This document shows positions 44,070 to 47,716 of a DNA stretch of 47,716 nucleotides, one piece after another; within the stretch, counting starts at the first letter, position 1; each line of letters begins with the position of its first letter. Under the pieces are notes generated by a model. It was not told where the DNA came from, searched no databases, and was given only the letters and a program-made list of their open reading frames with translations. Both the position numbers and the translations under genes were made by a program. Origin of the DNA: a virus (Duplodnaviria > Caudoviricetes); the IMG/VR virus record IMGVR_UViG_3300027326_000001, positions 1-47,716 of that record. The stretch is one strand, 5' to 3'.

Positions 44070-44942
44070 TTACAGCTTTTCACCACGGAAAGCTGCGGCT
44101 ACAGCCTCACGAATTGAAGGTAATTTAGACCCACCACTAACTCTACTATCATCATCGGGGCCACCTTCACCTGAAGTTCTACTAACTTCTTGAGCATTAG
44201 TACGAATCTTTGTCACAACTTTCTTGACTTCACGTGCTTTATCCCGTTCCTTATTCACGAGAGTGTGAATATCATCAAGATAGTTATTAATATCGGTTCC
44301 TTCACTAGCTGGCATTCTCTTCATCTTCTCCAACATCTTACCAGCTATGACTTCGCGTTCTTTAGCATCGGTAATACCAGCGCGCTTCCACAATGCTTCC
44401 ATTGCAGTATCGGCTTTTTCTTTATTAACTTGAGCTTCTGCTAATGCTAGCCGATCAAGAACTGGCGCAGTGTGCTCTTTTACGCGCGCGTCCAATAATA
44501 CGTCGAACGCTTCTGCTAACTTATCACCACCTAGCAGATCGTAAGAATCGCCAAGTTTCTCACGAAGAACAGTTTTTGCATCGCGCTGAAGTTGCTTAAC
44601 ATCTTCTCGTTTAGTGAGATCGTATCCGCCGGCCTTCGCTATATCTTCAAGCGTAGCTTTTGCGGTTTTGGCATCAACTAAACTTCGTCGTAATTCGAGC
44701 GCCGCTCTAATTTCTTCAGGAGAAGCATCAATTTCTACTACGCCGTCATCTTCTTCGACTGTCGATTTAGTAGCTTCTTCTTTAGTTTCACTAGTACCCT
44801 CAGAAGATTTATCTTCCTTAGTTGTAGTATCTTCTTTCGGGCTAGTTGTTTCTTCAGAAACCGAAGTGGAACCGGCTGCTTTCTCTGATTCTGCGAAGGC
44901 ATTAAGAACGCTCTCTTTTAAAGTAACAGGAGTTGTGCTCAT
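44070..44942 (-). CDS. Capsid scaffolding protein
   Basis: Acidic, helical, ends 'PSIREAVAAAF', directly upstream of the MCP. Confidence 0.8.
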   Translation of the reverse strand: MSTTPVTLKESVLNAFAESEKAAGSTSVSEETTSPKEDTTTKEDKSSEGTSETKEEATKSTVEEDDGVVEIDASPEEIRAALELRRSLVDAKTAKATLEDIAKAGGYDLTKREDVKQLQRDAKTVLREKLGDSYDLLGGDKLAEAFDVLLDARVKEHTAPVLDRLALAEAQVNKEKADTAMEALWKRAGITDAKEREVIAGKMLEKMKRMPASEGTDINNYLDDIHTLVNKERDKAREVKKVVTKIRTNAQEVSRTSGEGGPDDDSRVSGGSKLPSIREAVAAAFRGEKL

Positions 44943-44977
44943 ATAAGATTTATTCTCTCGGATCTAGATTAACCGAA

Positions 44978-45112
44978 TCAATACTTAGATTTCTTCCAAT
45001 CTTTCTTAACTTTGGTAACAGAAGCAGATTGCTTTTTCTTACCAGAGGTTAACTTTCCCTTACCTAACATCCCACCAATATGAGATCGTAAGTTATCGAT
45101 ATTACCGCTCAT
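44978..45112 (-). CDS. 44-aa Lys-rich protein (not in ORF track)
   Basis: GGAGG RBS; MSGNIDNLRSHIGGMLGKGKLTSGKKKQSASVTKVKKDWKKSKY*. Confidence 0.65.
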   Translation of the reverse strand: MSGNIDNLRSHIGGMLGKGKLTSGKKKQSASVTKVKKDWKKSKY

Positions 45113-45142
45113 CTAGCAATCCTCCCCGCTCATCTAGCAATC
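45105..45142. repeat. Tandem duplication, 17 bp identical with 21-bp period
   Basis: ccgctcatctagcaatc at 45105 and 45126. Confidence 0.9.
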
Positions 45143-45687
45143 TCCTTTAACTGTTTCAACTGAGTAGCTTTACCACTCCTTGAGAGTAATTCAGCTATCG
45201 TATCTACTAGAAGTCTATTATTACGATCAGGAGTAGTCAGGTCAATAGCTGGACCTTCGTTAGCTAGTACGGTGGGCCATCCTAACCGCTGCGCTCCTTG
45301 TTGGAATACTGGATTAGTACGTAAGTAATCGGCTGTTCGTGGATCGACTTGAGTACCAATCTCGTTCCGACGATATAAGTCTCCTTCATCGAATATATTA
45401 TGAATCTGCTCATGTTTCATAACATTCGATGGTGCCCATGGTTGACTTCGTACAAAACCCTTTTTACCGGAAAATCCATTAACTAATATCTGTTGAATCG
45501 CTGGATCTAAGGAAGTTCGTCTAACTTCTTCGGCGCCAGCCGTATTTGGATCGTAAATAGCTGCCACATTCTGATTCAGCGAGGGATCTACTACTCCAGG
45601 AGTTCTAGTAATACGTGTTTGATAAAAGGAGGTCGGTCTAACATTCGCGCTCATCCATTCTTGGATCGCTTCTTGTAAATCTGACAT
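45130..45687 (-). CDS. HExxH zincin-like protein between portal and scaffold
   Basis: VMKHEQIHNIF with downstream 'ANEGPA' as possible third ligand. Confidence 0.6.
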   Translation of the reverse strand: MSDLQEAIQEWMSANVRPTSFYQTRITRTPGVVDPSLNQNVAAIYDPNTAGAEEVRRTSLDPAIQQILVNGFSGKKGFVRSQPWAPSNVMKHEQIHNIFDEGDLYRRNEIGTQVDPRTADYLRTNPVFQQGAQRLGWPTVLANEGPAIDLTTPDRNNRLLVDTIAELLSRSGKATQLKQLKEIAR

Positions 45688-47582
45688 TAGATTACTGGAC
45701 CTCCCGTCTGTCCTACTAGTTGATTCTGAATCTGAGCTTGATCTGGCGGTGTCATTTGAGCAACTCTAGTTTGTGCCATATTTCCACCAGGTTCCGCAGC
45801 CATACCCATTTGAACAAGCGATTGCTTAGCCATCGCCATTTGTCCGATCGCTGCAACTTGTGCCATTTCTGACATTCGCGCGATTACCTTCTCATTACGA
45901 TAACCGCATCGATACGCTGCTTCACGAATTAGAATTGGATCGAATGCTAGTTGAGGGAAGTTATTGAGTAAACTTAGGAATTCGACGAACGCCGCTTTCG
46001 ACGCTTGATTCTCAATAGGAGATATTGTATCCAAGCTTATGTCAACTTCGAAATCTTCGGCGTCTCCTAATTCTCCTGAAGTAAACTCGCGCCACTCAAT
46101 CTCAGCTTCCCTAACTTCTTGAAGAAAATTCTCATTATTCCGATTAGTACGTACTTTAACCCAAAAACTTGACGTAAAATGATCTTGTACGGTTATTAGA
46201 ACGAGACGTCCAATTTTCTTTAGGACATTAGCTATTTTAACACGTGCGGCACTATCGCGTAGCTGAGAACGCATATCCACAATATTAGATTGAGTAGCAG
46301 TAGAACGATCAGTCTGCCCACGGTCATTTACAGTAGTTCCAGTAATAATATTAAGATCATCACGTCCCACCATCATACTTTGTGCGACCGCAGGATCTAA
46401 CTGTGCGCTCTGTAATGGCGCAACTTGCGTATTGGGATCGCCTTGAACTTTGGCGAAGGTCATATCTGGGCCGCTTTCTAACTTTGAGATTTCATCATCT
46501 TTGTCGAAAGCTCCGTCTTTATATAAGTACGCACGCTTAGCGCGTCTTCTGTGTAACCTTTGCTGTTCTCGGGCTTCGTTAATTTCGTCTTGTGGTCCCT
46601 TCCAATTAAATACTAGCGGAATTGGATACCATCCGCGGATCTTCTCAACGAATTTGATAGCTACTACTGGTAAAGTCTTATATTTCTTCGAAAGTAGTGT
46701 CACGCATTGAGAGTGGGCGAAAATATACTTCATTTTCCGACGTAGATCGTAGATTACCCATACTTTAACAAGATCGCCTGTTTTTAGAAGATCTTCCTGT
46801 TCTGGAGTAACCGTATCACCGTCGTTAAAATCTTCGGATCGGGAACCGACGAAATCTAATTCTTTCAAATTCTTAAGCGCGCGGTTAGCTTTAATATCCT
46901 CGGCGCGAAAATAATCATAGTAGCCGATCCAGGAACATTTTTTGAAAGTTCTACCATCCGTCCCCCCAACCCTGAAACGCCATGGTGGAATTCTTTTAAA
47001 ATACACTCTTTCCTGCTCTGGTAACTCTTCAGGTTCTCTGATAATATTATCCCGACCATCTTCACCATCAGGGTCGAACCACGGATCATTATCCGACTTG
47101 AGTATTGGCTTTCCCGCATTCGGATTTTCGATCCAATTTGCCGAATAACCGATTTCCATAACTCCAAAACGGAAAAACGCATCCACGATAAATGCTTCAA
47201 GTTCTTCACCGAATTCCTGATCTTCGTCAGAAACTATAGTATTTAGTACATCTTCACGATTCCTAGCCCGTTCAGCGGATGCCATAAAATCAAATTCTGC
47301 ATTCGCTGGTTTTGGCTTGACTCGATAACCTACATTTTGGAATAGGAGAGTGGGTTTCTTAACTTCTATCGTAGAAAATACGAAATTAATTACGTAGCGT
47401 TCATAACTCGTATTTGGAGATCCGTCACTCCACTGGAATCCGTAGTAATATTCTTCCAGAGTATTACATTTGAATCGATTTGACCAATTCTCGTAATATT
47501 TATTAGCTTTACCAACCCGTCCTAGCCAACGAGTAGCTAGTGGATCTTTCTCATTTCCGACTAATGGATTGGTTTCTGACAT
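45687..47582 (-). CDS. Portal protein (P22/podovirus-like)
   Basis: 631 aa directly after TerL; YYYG.QW, INFV, G.G..., PQDEIN, TATQ..I, Gln/Met-rich C-terminus. Confidence 0.88.
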   Translation of the reverse strand: MSETNPLVGNEKDPLATRWLGRVGKANKYYENWSNRFKCNTLEEYYYGFQWSDGSPNTSYERYVINFVFSTIEVKKPTLLFQNVGYRVKPKPANAEFDFMASAERARNREDVLNTIVSDEDQEFGEELEAFIVDAFFRFGVMEIGYSANWIENPNAGKPILKSDNDPWFDPDGEDGRDNIIREPEELPEQERVYFKRIPPWRFRVGGTDGRTFKKCSWIGYYDYFRAEDIKANRALKNLKELDFVGSRSEDFNDGDTVTPEQEDLLKTGDLVKVWVIYDLRRKMKYIFAHSQCVTLLSKKYKTLPVVAIKFVEKIRGWYPIPLVFNWKGPQDEINEAREQQRLHRRRAKRAYLYKDGAFDKDDEISKLESGPDMTFAKVQGDPNTQVAPLQSAQLDPAVAQSMMVGRDDLNIITGTTVNDRGQTDRSTATQSNIVDMRSQLRDSAARVKIANVLKKIGRLVLITVQDHFTSSFWVKVRTNRNNENFLQEVREAEIEWREFTSGELGDAEDFEVDISLDTISPIENQASKAAFVEFLSLLNNFPQLAFDPILIREAAYRCGYRNEKVIARMSEMAQVAAIGQMAMAKQSLVQMGMAAEPGGNMAQTRVAQMTPPDQAQIQNQLVGQTGGPVI

Positions 47583-47591
47583 TTCGCTCAG

Positions 47592-47716
47592 TTAATATCG
47601 ACCCAAAGAAGTTGGAACGTCTCCAAAAATCCGTTCGATGTCACCATTTTGGCGCATAGCGGCCATTTGCTTACGTAAATCCATAAAACTACCTTGTGGA
47701 GCATTCATACGATACG
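47592..47716 (-). CDS. terL: C-terminal end of terminase large subunit (continuation across the join)
   Basis: In frame with 1-1606: ...LRKQMAAMRQNGDIERIFGDVPTSLGRY* with TAA at 47592-47594. Full length ~543 aa. Confidence 0.9.
   Translation of the reverse strand, partial: YRMNAPQGSFMDLRKQMAAMRQNGDIERIFGDVPTSLGRY
47618..47716. repeat. Terminal 99-bp direct repeat, copy 2
   Basis: Identical to 1-99. Confidence 0.97.

Noticed and set aside
23079-47209. Many short plus-strand and alternate-frame ORFs within structural genes (also 5341-5851, 9792-10898, 13847-14188, 15851-17009, 17885-18247, 19395-19649)
   Set aside because: They overlap well-supported genes on the opposite strand or frame and show no motifs or RBS.
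47618-47716. 99-bp terminal repeat as a biological direct terminal repeat
   Set aside because: It falls inside the TerL coding sequence and its length equals a common assembler k-mer, so it is best read as a circularisation overlap.
1-47716. Stop-codon reassignment (TAG), suspected from the abundance of TAG trinucleotides
   Set aside because: Long genes are intact in the standard code, and TAG serves as a real stop at well-packed junctions (e.g. 9410, 11392, 15493).

Overview
The window is an apparently complete, circularly permuted genome of a tailed dsDNA phage (Caudoviricetes, podovirus-like). It is about 47,617 bp unique, because bases 1-99 recur exactly at 47618-47716. GC is roughly 40% by eye, and no integrase, repressor cassette, tRNA or CRISPR array is visible. 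The late arm (- strand, ~4500 down to 1, wrapping to 47716 and on to 22379) runs: probable TerS, small genes, TerL (spans the join and is absent from the ORF track), portal, HExxH protein, scaffold, major capsid and decoration protein. It continues with a glycosyltransferase/methyltransferase cluster with an M15 peptidase, fibre-like proteins, two paralogous adaptors, a nozzle with a tandemly repeated domain, tail proteins and three ejection proteins. A leftward early cassette (5363-7278) has nearly one sigma70 promoter per gene. The rightward replication arm (8285-22368) carries an SNF2 helicase, DUF2786, a Cas4-like exonuclease, a Sak4-like ATPase, an SSB, a UDG-fused family A polymerase, an NDT-like enzyme, a putative NTP-pyrophosphatase, an AAA+ protein and DUF4031. 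Four signals stand out: (1) two inverted, 11-bp-phased repeat arrays around an AT-rich core, one covering the promoter of an adjacent winged-helix gene (candidate iteron-like origin/initiator); (2) a doubled GT+MT set (split pair plus fusion) inside the virion module (candidate methylated virion glycan system); (3) a degenerate-UDG PolA with His at the Pol I F762 position next to nucleotide-processing genes; (4) a protein hinting at an Acidobacteriota host. All family calls come from motif recognition by eye, not from database searches.
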